From positions 1 to 64,000 of the forward strand of contig CAWDSQ010000013.1 in the NCBI GenBank assembly GCA_963804955.1: a stretch of DNA of 64,000 bases. Direction: 5' to 3'. How positions within the stretch are numbered: the first letter of the stretch is position 1; the number at the start of each line of letters is the position of its first letter. A program made the position numbers and the translations under genes. The DNA is from an uncultured delta proteobacterium. Lineage in GTDB: Bacteria; Desulfobacterota; WTBG01; CAIYCZ01; CAIRTM01. Positions 9,429 through 19,588 of this stretch are shown piece by piece. The notes under the pieces were generated by a model that was given only the letters and a program-made list of their open reading frames with translations, was not told the origin of the DNA and made no database searches.

Positions 9429-10445
9429 ATGGAAAAAGAGCTGAATAGAATCAGAGATGCAAGCACATCAGACCTGAGCACTGCGGCCTCGGAGTCTGAA
9501 ATTTATCAGGTCAAAAGCAAATATATCGGCCGCAGCGGTTCGCTTACTCAGCTGATAAAAAATCTCATCACCATTCCGGCGGAGCAGCGGGCTGTTGTCG
9601 GTAAGCTTGCAAACGAGATCAAAAAAAGCATCGAATCAGGTGTTGAAGACGCTCTCAAGGCTTCGCGCGCACAAAAAAAGCAGCAGGACATGGGGCGGGT
9701 CGATATTGATGTCACCCTGCCCGGCCGCTGCCTTCCGCTGGGACGCCGGCACCCCATATCTCAGGTGACTGATGAGATTGTCGCCGTCTTCACCGAGCTC
9801 GGATTTCAGATGGTCGAAGGCCCTGAGATAGAGCTGGACTTTTTCAATTTCGAAGCGCTCAATATCCCTAAAGATCATCCTGCACGGGATATGCATGATA
9901 CCTTTTATATCTCTCCCGAAGTGCTGCTGCGCACGCACACATCGCCCGTGCAGATCCGCACCATGCAGCAGACCAGGCCGCCGCTGCGCATTATCTGCCC
10001 GGGCAAGGTCTACCGGTGCGATTCCGATGTATCCCACACGCCCATGTTCCACCAGATTGAGGGGCTCATGGTTGACGAGGCTATCTCATTTGGAGACCTC
10101 AAGGGGCTTCTGACTCTCTTCCTGCACCGCATATTCGACGAAAAAACCTCGCTCAGATTCCGCCCGAGCTTTTTCCCATTCACGGAGCCCAGCGCCGAGG
10201 TGGATATCCGGTGCGTTATCTGCCGCGGCAAAGGCTGCCGCGTCTGCAAGGGCACGGGGTGGCTCGAAATTCTCGGCTGCGGCATGGTGCAGCCGGCGGT
10301 ATTCCGCAATGTCGGCTATGACCCTGATACGACCACAGGCTTTGCATTCGGGCTGGGAGTTGAGCGCGTCACCATGCTGAAATACGGCATCAATGACATC
10401 CGGCTTTTCTTTGAAAACGATCTGCGTTTTTTATCCCAGTTTTAA
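9429..10445 (+). CDS. pheS: Phenylalanine--tRNA ligase alpha subunit
   Basis: HPARDMHDTFY, LLRTHTSPVQIR, RFRPSFFPFTEPS, GFAFGLGVER, FENDLRFL; start could be TTG at 9420. Confidence 0.98.
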   Translation: MEKELNRIRDASTSDLSTAASESEIYQVKSKYIGRSGSLTQLIKNLITIPAEQRAVVGKLANEIKKSIESGVEDALKASRAQKKQQDMGRVDIDVTLPGRCLPLGRRHPISQVTDEIVAVFTELGFQMVEGPEIELDFFNFEALNIPKDHPARDMHDTFYISPEVLLRTHTSPVQIRTMQQTRPPLRIICPGKVYRCDSDVSHTPMFHQIEGLMVDEAISFGDLKGLLTLFLHRIFDEKTSLRFRPSFFPFTEPSAEVDIRCVICRGKGCRVCKGTGWLEILGCGMVQPAVFRNVGYDPDTTTGFAFGLGVERVTMLKYGINDIRLFFENDLRFLSQF

Positions 10446-10470
10446 TTAATACTCTACGGTAAAGGCGCCT

Positions 10471-12882
10471 ATGTATCTCAGCATCAACTGGTTACGCGAC
10501 TTCATTCCGCAGGAAATTCCCGTGCAGGATCTTGCCGACCGCCTGACCATGTCCGGCATCGAGGTCGAGGAGATTATCCGCTCCGGCTCGGAATGGGACA
10601 ATGTCGTGGTAGGCGAAATCCTTGAAATAACCAGGCATCCCAATGCCGAAAAGCTGCAGCTGGCCAAAGTAAATACAGGTGAAAAAATTCTGCCCATAGT
10701 CTGCGGCGCTCCCAATATCGCAGTCGGGCAGCATATAGCCCTTGCTGTGGAAGGCGCGCAGCTTCCCGGCGGCATGACTATAAAAAAATCAAAAATCAGG
10801 GGCGAAATCTCAGAAGGCATGATCTGCTCGGAGCCCGAACTCGGTCTTGGAGAGGATCACAGCGGCATTATGGTGCTGCCGCCGGATGCTCCCCTCGGGA
10901 TGTCCCTTGCGAGCTATCTGAAGCTTTCAGATACTATTTTAAATCTCGGTATTACGCCAAACCGCGCCGACTGCCTGTCCGTTGTCGGGCTTGCGCGCGA
11001 AATCGCCGCCCTCTTTGATATCCCCCTTCAGCTTCCGCAGTATCGTTTTGAGGAAACAGACGACGGGATTGAAACCCGCGTGGCTGTTGAAATAGCTGAT
11101 GCCGATTTATGCCCCCGATATACCGCCCGGCTTGTCACCGGTCTTACGGTCAAGCCCTCTCCTCTGTGGATGCAGCGAAGGCTTGTCAACTGCGGCATCC
11201 GGGCAATCAACAATCTTGTCGACATTACCAACTACATCCTGCTTGAATGGGGCCAGCCGCTCCACGCATTTGATTACTCCTTCATACAGGATGGAAAAAT
11301 CATAGTTCGCAGGGCAGCCAGGGGCGAAAAATTTACAACTCTTGACGCCATCGAGCGTGAGCTGCCGGACAACGCCCTCATGATCTGCGACGGCAGACGC
11401 CCCGTGGCCATTGCCGGCATTATGGGCGGCGAAAACTCAGGGATTCTCCCGGCAACAGACACCGTGCTCATTGAAAGCGCTTATTTCACGCCCCACTCCA
11501 TTGCGCGCACAAGCCGCGCGCTTAATCTGAAAACCGAGGCTTCGCTGCGCTTTGAAAAGGGCATTGACATAAACGGCGTACTGCCGTCACTGCACCGGGC
11601 GGCGCAGCTCATGGCCGAGCTTGGCTGCGGAAAAATAGCAAAGGGCTGTATCGATGCCTATCCGGCCAAACTTGCCCCCCCCCAACCCGTTCGCCTGAGC
11701 GTCAAAAAAACAAATGCGGTCACGGGCCTTACTCTTTCGCAGCATGATGTCAAGTCAGTGCTGGAAAGACTCCAGATTGACACGCAGGCTCCTGATGCCG
11801 ACACGCTGCTGGCAACTGCCCCCAGCTTCCGCTATGACCTTAATGAGCCCATCGACCTTATCGAAGAAATTGCCCGTTTAACAGGATATGACTGTATACC
11901 GGTAACCTACCCGCGGGCGGCGCTTTCGGGAAGCCCAGAAAACCGAAATCTTAAACTTGCCGGCATCATACGTGACCTGATGATTGCCCGCGGCTTTTTT
12001 GAAGTTATCAACTACAGCTTTTGCGCACCCGAACATATTGCCGGCATGCGTCTGGCCAGGGAAGATGCCAGGAGCGCCCCGCTGCCGATTCTGAATCCCT
12101 TGGCATCTTCGCAGTCGGTCATGCGCACCTCCATCGTGCCAAGCCTGCTTCTGAATCTGCAGGAAAACCTCAATAATAAAAGCTCTGCCATCAAGCTTTT
12201 TGAGCTGAGCCGGGTCTTCATACCACAGAGTGGCTCACCCCAGCCGCGGGAACCCCGGCGCCTTGCAGGCCTGATGGCAGGCATGCAGCAGGGCGAAGGA
12301 TGGAACCTGCAAAACGCCATGGTTGATTTCTATGACATCAAGGCTGCAGTAGAGTCCCTGCTGCAACGGCTTCGCATAGACGGCACGCAGTTTCAACAGG
12401 ACGGTCGTGAGCCCTATCTGCACCCGCACAAAATGCTGAGCATCAGCGCCGGGAATCACTGCTTCGGCAGCCTTGGGGAGGTGCATCCCGACGTGCTTGA
12501 GCACTTTGATATAAAAGTACCGGCCTATGTTTTCGAGCTTGATGTCGATCTGCTTGCATCGTTCTGGAAGGATTCTGTATCGTTTGCGCCCTTCTCACGC
12601 CAGCCGGCCATACTGCGGGATATTGCTCTTATAGTTGACGACACGGTGCCGGCTGAAAAATTTTTTTCCGCCGTTGCAGGTTTCAAAAACAAGTTGATCA
12701 CCGATATGACCATTTTTGATAGTTTCCGTGGCGGCACAATTCAGCCGGGTAAAAAAAGTCTTGCATTCAGACTGAAATTCCAGTCAAATGACAGAACACT
12801 CACTGACGCAGAAGTAAACAAAATACATGACCGGCTCGTGGCGCACCTGGCGCAGGAAACAGGGGCGGAGCTTCGGCAATAA
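10471..12882 (+). CDS. pheT: Phenylalanine--tRNA ligase beta subunit
   Basis: HPNAEKL, IVCGAPN, TPNRADCLS, GQPLHAFD, DLIEEIARL, FDX-ACB C-terminus. Confidence 0.98.
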   Translation: MYLSINWLRDFIPQEIPVQDLADRLTMSGIEVEEIIRSGSEWDNVVVGEILEITRHPNAEKLQLAKVNTGEKILPIVCGAPNIAVGQHIALAVEGAQLPGGMTIKKSKIRGEISEGMICSEPELGLGEDHSGIMVLPPDAPLGMSLASYLKLSDTILNLGITPNRADCLSVVGLAREIAALFDIPLQLPQYRFEETDDGIETRVAVEIADADLCPRYTARLVTGLTVKPSPLWMQRRLVNCGIRAINNLVDITNYILLEWGQPLHAFDYSFIQDGKIIVRRAARGEKFTTLDAIERELPDNALMICDGRRPVAIAGIMGGENSGILPATDTVLIESAYFTPHSIARTSRALNLKTEASLRFEKGIDINGVLPSLHRAAQLMAELGCGKIAKGCIDAYPAKLAPPQPVRLSVKKTNAVTGLTLSQHDVKSVLERLQIDTQAPDADTLLATAPSFRYDLNEPIDLIEEIARLTGYDCIPVTYPRAALSGSPENRNLKLAGIIRDLMIARGFFEVINYSFCAPEHIAGMRLAREDARSAPLPILNPLASSQSVMRTSIVPSLLLNLQENLNNKSSAIKLFELSRVFIPQSGSPQPREPRRLAGLMAGMQQGEGWNLQNAMVDFYDIKAAVESLLQRLRIDGTQFQQDGREPYLHPHKMLSISAGNHCFGSLGEVHPDVLEHFDIKVPAYVFELDVDLLASFWKDSVSFAPFSRQPAILRDIALIVDDTVPAEKFFSAVAGFKNKLITDMTIFDSFRGGTIQPGKKSLAFRLKFQSNDRTLTDAEVNKIHDRLVAHLAQETGAELRQ

Positions 12883-12914
12883 CGGCAGCATGTTCGCGAT
12901 GAAGGGAGTCACTA

Positions 12915-13190
12915 ATGACGAAGGCTGACTTAATCGATGCAATCTATGAGAAAGTGGGTCTTTCCAAGAAGGAATCCACGCAGATCGTCGAGCTCATCTT
13001 CGAGCTCATGCGTAAATCTCTGGAAACAAATCAGAAGGTTAAAATTTCCGGCTTCGGCAATTTTAATATCCGTGAAAAAAACATCCGGCGGGGCCGCAAT
13101 CCGCAGACCGGTGATGAAATAAAAATTTCAGCCCGCAGCGTCCTCACGTTTAAAGCAAGTCCGGTGCTGAAAAAAGTTCTGAACGGCTGA
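12915..13190 (+). CDS. ihfA: Integration host factor subunit alpha
   Basis: MTKADL..KVKISGFGNF..RRGRNPQTG; position after pheT. Confidence 0.95.
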   Translation: MTKADLIDAIYEKVGLSKKESTQIVELIFELMRKSLETNQKVKISGFGNFNIREKNIRRGRNPQTGDEIKISARSVLTFKASPVLKKVLNG

Positions 13191-13237
13191 CGGCTCAGCC
13201 CGGCTGAACAGACGCGGACTCGCAGCAGGAGAATACG

Positions 13238-13615
13238 ATGGCCACAGAAATCCCCGACAAGCTTTATTTCAAAATCGGCGAGGTGTGCAAAATAACGGAT
13301 GTAGAGCCCTATATTCTTCGCTACTGGGAATCCGAATTCAAGCTTATAAAACCTTACCGGACAAAGTCAAATCAGCGCCTGTACCGGAAAAAAGATGTCG
13401 AAGCCGTGCTGAAAATCCGAAGGATGCTCTATGAGCAGAAATACACCATTGCCGGCGCAAAAAAAAAGCTGAAAGAAGCCACGCCGCAGCAGGAACCGCG
13501 TCAGCAGAAGCAGCTTTCGCTCAACCTGCCTGATCAGCGTTACACAACGGCTCTGAAACAAATACGCGCGGAACTCGTACAGCTATCGCGCATGCTGAAC
13601 AGAACTACTGTCTGA
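13238..13615 (+). CDS. MerR-family HTH regulator (conserved downstream of ihfA)
   Basis: IPDKLYFKIGEV..PYILRYWESEF..QRLYRKKD..YTIAGAKK. Confidence 0.92.
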   Translation: MATEIPDKLYFKIGEVCKITDVEPYILRYWESEFKLIKPYRTKSNQRLYRKKDVEAVLKIRRMLYEQKYTIAGAKKKLKEATPQQEPRQQKQLSLNLPDQRYTTALKQIRAELVQLSRMLNRTTV

Positions 13616-13629
13616 TATATGAGGGCACT

Positions 13630-13839
13630 ATGACATTCACCACAATTGACAAGCGGCTTGTTGAAAGAAAAGACCTGGCTTTCCAGGAAAAATACCTTAA
13701 GGACTCTGCCCGCCATACACCTGATGCTGCAGATAAATACGAAACAACTGAAATTGAGCATAATCCCATCTGCCTGTATCAGAAAAAAATGGGTCTTGCG
13801 GAGCAGTCCCTTGATGCCGCAGCTAAAACCGAGAGCTGA
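13630..13839 (+). CDS. Small hypothetical protein (69 aa)
   Basis: GAGGG RBS, 14 nt after the MerR stop, same strand. Confidence 0.55.
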   Translation: MTFTTIDKRLVERKDLAFQEKYLKDSARHTPDAADKYETTEIEHNPICLYQKKMGLAEQSLDAAAKTES

Positions 13840-13891
13840 CAGGCTGCCATGCCTGTACTAGCTGAAACTGTAACGCGAAAAGGCACTCTGC

Positions 13892-15295
13892 ATGTTTTTC
13901 AGCCACCAGGAAACAGGTGCTTTCATGTGCAGGGCAGCGGTCTGCGCAGCCATACTTCTCTTGCTGCCGCTTCGACCCTGCCATGCAGAACTTCAGCCTT
14001 CATTCATTAGCGGCACGATCTATAACGCAGCCACAGGCTCCCCCATTCGCACTGCCACAATAAGAACGACCACGGGCCTTTCATTTAATGTTCAAAACGG
14101 TTTTTATTTCCTGAATGTTCCGCCCAATGTGTATGATTTTATCGTGTCGGCGCCAGACTTCCGTTCAAATATGGCTACCGGCATTTTTTCCGGGCCGGGG
14201 CAGACAGCTACGGTCAACATGTGGCTGGCGCCGGCTTCGACCAGAACCGGCCGCCTTCAGGGACGGGTTGCAGCAGCAGGCGCCACATCGGGAGGGATAG
14301 CAGGAGCGCTGGTTTTTACAGACCTTGGCGCTATCGCCTCGACTGATACTGACGGTTATTTTACCGCAGTCGGCCCGAGCGGTACGGCAACCGTAACCGT
14401 TGCAGCACGAGGCTATTCAAGTAAAATTATTAAAAATGTCAAAATCCAGCCTTCGGGTATTCGCAGCCTTCCAGTTCGTCTGAGCAAATCAATCAAGACC
14501 ACTACGGGCCCCGTGTCTGGTATCGTGCGCGACGCCTGCACCAAATCTCCGCTGGCAGGCGTCAATATAACGTCTTCATATGGATCATTTGTGCAAACAA
14601 GCTCAGGCTCCTTCAAAATTTCCGCCCCCCCGGGCAGCACCTCCCTGCTTGCAAGCGCTGAAGGATATCAGTGCGCATGGCAGACTGCCACGCTGGGTTT
14701 TTTCCCCGTGGGAGCCGCTGCAAACTTTTCCCTTGCTCCCCTGGATCGGGGCATGGGGACAGTTACAGGCTTTATCACGAATGCAGCCAGTGGTGAGCCG
14801 GTCTCGGGCGCGCGCATTGCAACCGACCTCCAGGATATCAGCTTCAGCGAAAACGAGGACGGCTCATACATTCTGAAAGCAAACCCCTGCGCAGCCACGA
14901 TCACGGTAACCAGCAAAGGCTTTCAGCCTTATACGACAAATGTGACGATAGGACAGGGGGCAACAACTGATCTTAACATCGCCCTGGTCCCATTGACCGA
15001 TTGCATCGTCACCGGCGCCATAAAAAACCTTTTGACAGGAGCGCCTGTTGCAGAGGCTCAGGTGTCGGTTGATAACGGAGGCGTAACACTGACCGATGAC
15101 ACGGGAGCATTCAGCCTGACCATACCGTCATGCACAGCTACCCTGACCGTATGCGCCAACGGATTTTTTCAAACCCGGCGCAGGGTATCCTCAGCCGGAG
15201 ACGTCGAAATTATTACTCTTACAATCGACCTCATCCCCTGTTTCCTGTGCCGCTGCAGTGCTGCAGCATCAGCTTTGCCTTATGACCCACGCTAA
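13892..15295 (+). CDS. Secreted carboxypeptidase-regulatory-like (beta-sandwich repeat) protein
   Basis: About five GxIxNAxTGxPI/VxGA...GxY/F...SAxGY repeats; signal peptide. Confidence 0.8.
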   Translation: MFFSHQETGAFMCRAAVCAAILLLLPLRPCHAELQPSFISGTIYNAATGSPIRTATIRTTTGLSFNVQNGFYFLNVPPNVYDFIVSAPDFRSNMATGIFSGPGQTATVNMWLAPASTRTGRLQGRVAAAGATSGGIAGALVFTDLGAIASTDTDGYFTAVGPSGTATVTVAARGYSSKIIKNVKIQPSGIRSLPVRLSKSIKTTTGPVSGIVRDACTKSPLAGVNITSSYGSFVQTSSGSFKISAPPGSTSLLASAEGYQCAWQTATLGFFPVGAAANFSLAPLDRGMGTVTGFITNAASGEPVSGARIATDLQDISFSENEDGSYILKANPCAATITVTSKGFQPYTTNVTIGQGATTDLNIALVPLTDCIVTGAIKNLLTGAPVAEAQVSVDNGGVTLTDDTGAFSLTIPSCTATLTVCANGFFQTRRRVSSAGDVEIITLTIDLIPCFLCRCSAAASALPYDPR

Positions 15296-15326
15296 GCAGG
15301 CCTACTAAACACCAACGGAGCACCTA

Positions 15327-16637
15327 ATGCAGTTTTCAATCCAAATCATAAAAGAAGAACATTTTGTTCCCATGGCACAAAAAGCCGCGGGCACACTTCT
15401 GAGCATCGCTTTAAATTTCCCCGACAAAAATGCTACCAGGCTCAGCAAGCGTTTCTACGTGACCTGCATCAAGGAATCTCAGGAATTCGAGGATTTCCTT
15501 GATGATCACGGCGCGCGAAGCAACAAAACGTGGATTTATCTCCGCGAACTTGTAGCCTCTATCCGCAACTTTTCCAGCACGGCCTACATGGTGAGTCACA
15601 TGCTGAGCCGGGTCAATTTCTACTGCCTCAACACGCAGAGCACGCAGTCATTCATCAAGGACGCAGCAGCCGTTCTTGAGTTTTTACACTCATCGCTCAC
15701 CGTCCTGTGCTCGCATTTTACAGATGAAGCCACCTGCCTGTGCTTGACAGGCACACCTTTATTGCTGGATGAGAATGTATTTGAAGAAAATATTGTTTCA
15801 AGGATGCTCCCCAATAATATCAATGATGAAGGCGGCACAGATATTGAAGAAAAAGTTGCCCGTGTTGCCACCGAGCTCATCAATGCCCACGATAAATCAC
15901 GGGGCGTCTTGTTTGATAAAAAGCTGAACGCCCGCAATCTCGACTCAAACATTATCCCTGAGAGAATTAACGAAGAAACGCTTCGTGATCTTGAGGCAAA
16001 CGTTCACAATGCCCAGTCGATCTATGACACCTATATTCAGAAAACACCCTTTGAGGCAGGCAACGAGAATCTGCTCTGCCTTCGCGGGCATATCTCGGTG
16101 GCGCTGCATCTGCTGGGCGTTGCCAAGGAGCTGAGCCACTTTTGCGAACGCCATGAACCCGGGGTAAGCAAGGAGCTCAAGCGCAGGAAGTCATCCAAAA
16201 TAATCAAGCGCAAAAAGCTGCTTGACGTTATAATCAACTTTGCCTTGTACTATTATACGGTTTTTATCAATGACGGAAAAAATCTTGCCAATGAGATACA
16301 GGCAAGTTTCACGGTTGTTGATTCTGTGAGCGTCAGAGTTCCGGAAGGGTTGGGATTCCACCTGCGCCCTTCAACACTCGTGGCAAAAGTGGCAAATCAC
16401 TACGGATCTAAAATATCCATGATAGTCAACGGCAAGGAATTCGATGCTGCAAGCGTCATTGATATTATGTGGGCGGGCGGCATGATAAAAAAAGAAGGCA
16501 TTGCATCCATAGAATTCCGCGGTGATAAAAATGCCATCCGGGACATTGCACTGCTTGCCGGCGCCAACTACGGCGAGGACGCAATCGGTACCAGCACCCC
16601 CTTGCCCCCTGCACTTTCCTATCTGCGGCAGGACTAG
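15327..16637 (+). CDS. Large protein with C-terminal HPr (PTS phosphocarrier) domain
   Basis: C-terminal GLGFHLRPSTLVAKVANHY..FDAASVIDIM HPr motif; about 330-aa N-terminal region not recognised. Confidence 0.8.
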   Translation: MQFSIQIIKEEHFVPMAQKAAGTLLSIALNFPDKNATRLSKRFYVTCIKESQEFEDFLDDHGARSNKTWIYLRELVASIRNFSSTAYMVSHMLSRVNFYCLNTQSTQSFIKDAAAVLEFLHSSLTVLCSHFTDEATCLCLTGTPLLLDENVFEENIVSRMLPNNINDEGGTDIEEKVARVATELINAHDKSRGVLFDKKLNARNLDSNIIPERINEETLRDLEANVHNAQSIYDTYIQKTPFEAGNENLLCLRGHISVALHLLGVAKELSHFCERHEPGVSKELKRRKSSKIIKRKKLLDVIINFALYYYTVFINDGKNLANEIQASFTVVDSVSVRVPEGLGFHLRPSTLVAKVANHYGSKISMIVNGKEFDAASVIDIMWAGGMIKKEGIASIEFRGDKNAIRDIALLAGANYGEDAIGTSTPLPPALSYLRQD

Positions 16638-17287
16638 CCGCCCTGTTTATTGCCACTGTTGCCGGCCCCGCCAACTCTGCTATGTGCTGGTTGGATAATG
16701 CGGCTTTCCGTTACGACATAATCAAGAGGAACATCCCACCTCGAATCATGGGGGACCTCGTCAGCAACCTGCATATCAAATGCGACTCCTATGGTAACGG
16801 CTGGGCAGTTGTTTAAAAAACGGTCATAATATCCACCGCCATAACCGATGCGGAAACCCTCCATCGTAAAAGCCGCCCCGGGCACAATGACGACATCTAT
16901 TGTTTTGATTTCCACCGGATGGAGGCAACCGGGCGCAGGCTCCAGTATGCCAAAGCAGCCGGGCGCAAGGTCATCTTCCATACTTTTTAAAAGCGATGCC
17001 GTCATATATTTTGATGCCCTGTCAACGCAGGGCACAGAAACGCGTTTCCCGTCCGCAAGCAGAATGCGGATAAGGTTGTGTGTTTCCACCTCGCTCGCAA
17101 AAGAAACATAGACAAAAAATGAAAAAGATTCCTGGACAACCGGCATGCTGCAAAGCCGCTCCAGAATAAGGCTGCTTTTTTGCAAGCGCTGCTGCTCAGA
17201 AAGAGCATCTCTTGCGCGCAGCGCAGCAATTCGAAAATTCTTCTTCAACTCTGAAAGCTTTTCCGGATTATCTTCTTTTTTCTTCAT
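16634..17287 (-). CDS. 5-formyltetrahydrofolate cyclo-ligase
   Basis: SFASEVET, FGILEP, DVVIVPGAAF..GFRIGYGGGYYDRFL, D..VTE. Confidence 0.95.
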   Translation of the reverse strand: MKKKEDNPEKLSELKKNFRIAALRARDALSEQQRLQKSSLILERLCSMPVVQESFSFFVYVSFASEVETHNLIRILLADGKRVSVPCVDRASKYMTASLLKSMEDDLAPGCFGILEPAPGCLHPVEIKTIDVVIVPGAAFTMEGFRIGYGGGYYDRFLNNCPAVTIGVAFDMQVADEVPHDSRWDVPLDYVVTESRIIQPAHSRVGGAGNSGNKQGG

Positions 17288-17467
17288 ACTATTTCTTCAC
17301 CGGTTAAACGACCCTGCTTCATTCAGCAAGAACACAGTACATGAACTGTTTGATAGTAGTTCAGGCTATTGTGCCTTACATATAGCTGCAAGTTTTATTT
17401 TTCAATACATTAAATTTTAAATATGAAGGCCAAACTCTGGAAATTGACTGCCTGTTTAACATAAAGC

Positions 17468-17503
17468 AAAAAACAGGCGCCAATGCAATTCGCATGTTGG
17501 CGC
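17468..17503 (-). terminator. Possible terminator after 17548..19338
   Basis: GGCGCCAA..TTGGCGCC hairpin flanked by A/T runs. Confidence 0.45.
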
Positions 17504-17547
17504 CAAAAAAATAGAGTGTTATTAACATTTTCCGAAAATTCGTCGAG

Positions 17548-19338
17548 CTAACGAGCCTGCCCTTTAAGCCCAAGCGGCTTGACAGCGGCATCGTCTTGTA
17601 AATCAGCGATGACGCTGTCAAAGGCGATACGCAGATCAGCTCCGGCCTTGGCGCCTATACCGTCTGCAACATCCTGCGCGGCACGTACAAGATTCTCCGG
17701 CACCTCAACATCAGTACCGCCGGCCAGAAGTCTTTTCAGAAGAGGCAGCGCCTCCACTAACACAGCGGCTACTTGAATCTTCAGGCCTCTGTCAGAGTCC
17801 AGAAGCTCCGAAATCCTCTGTCCATAGGTGTAGTACAGTTCTACATACTGCCGTCCTCTGTCGGTCTTCAACAGAATATCGTCTCTGAACTGCCGAAGAA
17901 TCGAAAGCTGCTGCAAATTATTGTCAAGCGCCATGATAGCCGGGCAGTTTGCAAGACCAGGGTAGGGAAAACCGATCCTGCCGCGGTCGAGTTTGGCATT
18001 TATTTTTTTTACCGTTTTGCCCGGCGAGACTACAATCTTTGAAGCCCCCTGGAAATCTTTCCGGTTTCTGAACCACTCTGAATTGTAGCCGGTTGCGTAG
18101 GCGTCAAAAAAAAGCTTGTAATTGCCCCGCGCCAGGCCCGTAATCGTATAGGTGCCATTGTCGGACGTCATGGCAGGCTTCAGGAGAACAACCGCAGCCT
18201 CGTGCCCGAAAGCTGGCGCATTAGCGTCGTATACTACGACCTCCGCATCAGGTATGCCCCTGCGCCAGAAGCTCCAAACTTTGCCCGTAATCGTTCCCGA
18301 CACTGCCATCTGGGCATTGATGAGCGAAGTTTCCTGTCCCGCCGTCACCGTAATATTGTCAGCCGATGCATACGAATTTCTATTATTGTACCATTCCCCG
18401 GCATACTGCTCGGCACCCTCTTTGGGCTCGAAATACACTTTATAGTTGCCCGGTCGAAGAAAATCAAAGCTATAGGTTCCGTTATCTTTCGTAAGGTCCG
18501 TATCGATGGGCTCGTCGCAGGCGCCATCGGCAGCATACAGCCGCACGCCGATGCCAGCCAGGCGGATGCCGTCAGGATCTGTTACCGCGCCAGAAATACT
18601 TCCCGCAGCATCAAGAGAGGCATCAATGCCGTTAATGGCCTGGCCGTAAGCGGAGATGAGCAGGGTCTGAGCCGCCGATTTCGATGCCGTATCATCGAAC
18701 CATTCCCAGGCAAAATTGCCCTCAGAATAAAAACCGTCAAACAAAACTTTGTATGCCGCGACGGGCAGCCCGGCCACCGCATAGGTGCCGTTATCAACCG
18801 TGTCGGCGTAATACGTGGCTCCATACAGGCTTTCAGCAGAGACTTGAACCTGGGCGATTCCCTGACCAAGCGTATCGGTAACCCGGCCCGCTATAGTGCC
18901 GCCCGCAAGCAGTTTAATATTTTTAACCACATCGGGCTGAGCATGTGTTACCAGAAACCTGTCGGCATCATGATATGTGAATTTGTCATTGTACCACTCT
19001 GTAACATAGCGCAGCGGCCGTATGTTCATATCAACGAACTCGACCTTGAATATGCCTTTTGTCTGCCCTGCGTCCTGAAGTTCTGCCATTTGTGACGTGA
19101 CATCAAACAGATAATAACCGTTAACGTCGGTATATGCCGTCAGCAGGAGCCTGTAATGCGGGTCATACAGATTTACTTGAATGTTCTCCAACTGATGACC
19201 GCAGCAGTCCTCAACAGTTCCTGATACGCTGTAAGTTGACTGCGCCAGGACTGTGCCGGCACAAAAAAAACTACAGCTTAGTATGACAGCCAGACAGAAC
19301 ATAACGAAGGCTGTTTTCCCTGTTTCTTTTCCCAGCAT
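17548..19338 (-). CDS. Secreted carboxypeptidase-regulatory-like repeat protein with Cys/LRQFRD/YY C-terminal domain
   Basis: Four GxIxGxV...DNGTY...GxYKVxF...EWY repeats; signal peptide. Confidence 0.85.
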   Translation of the reverse strand: MLGKETGKTAFVMFCLAVILSCSFFCAGTVLAQSTYSVSGTVEDCCGHQLENIQVNLYDPHYRLLLTAYTDVNGYYLFDVTSQMAELQDAGQTKGIFKVEFVDMNIRPLRYVTEWYNDKFTYHDADRFLVTHAQPDVVKNIKLLAGGTIAGRVTDTLGQGIAQVQVSAESLYGATYYADTVDNGTYAVAGLPVAAYKVLFDGFYSEGNFAWEWFDDTASKSAAQTLLISAYGQAINGIDASLDAAGSISGAVTDPDGIRLAGIGVRLYAADGACDEPIDTDLTKDNGTYSFDFLRPGNYKVYFEPKEGAEQYAGEWYNNRNSYASADNITVTAGQETSLINAQMAVSGTITGKVWSFWRRGIPDAEVVVYDANAPAFGHEAAVVLLKPAMTSDNGTYTITGLARGNYKLFFDAYATGYNSEWFRNRKDFQGASKIVVSPGKTVKKINAKLDRGRIGFPYPGLANCPAIMALDNNLQQLSILRQFRDDILLKTDRGRQYVELYYTYGQRISELLDSDRGLKIQVAAVLVEALPLLKRLLAGGTDVEVPENLVRAAQDVADGIGAKAGADLRIAFDSVIADLQDDAAVKPLGLKGQAR

Positions 19339-19430
19339 ATATCCGCTCCTTTAATTTAGGGTTTATATAATCAATTATATAAAACAATTTGCAAGAAACT
19401 CAAGCTCCTGCAGAAGATTGAATTATTAAT

Positions 19431-19447
19431 ATGCAAATAACGAACCA
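19431..19447 (-). promoter_or_regulatory. Putative sigma54 (-24/-12) promoter for 17548..19338
   Basis: Minus strand TGGTTCGTTATTTGCAT = GG-N10-GC with TTGCA. Confidence 0.5.
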
Positions 19448-19588
19448 AAAAAAATGTATTTAAAGCAAAGTTTTTTCAGATAGTTAGAAAAACTAACCTG
19501 CTCTCTGCAAAAAATATGTATCAAAAAAATACGCCGCGAGACACAAATGTCTAAACCTATCATATAACGATACACTTATTACATCTTA

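Noticed and set aside
17290..17460. 6S RNA upstream of 5-formyl-THF cyclo-ligase
   Set aside because: The position is typical, but I could not identify the long 6S hairpin in this short AT-rich spacer
18202..19095. Long antisense or alternative-frame ORFs (also 35415..36398, 56600..57604, 29012..29854, 33461..34045)
   Set aside because: Shadows of well-supported genes, with no motifs of their own
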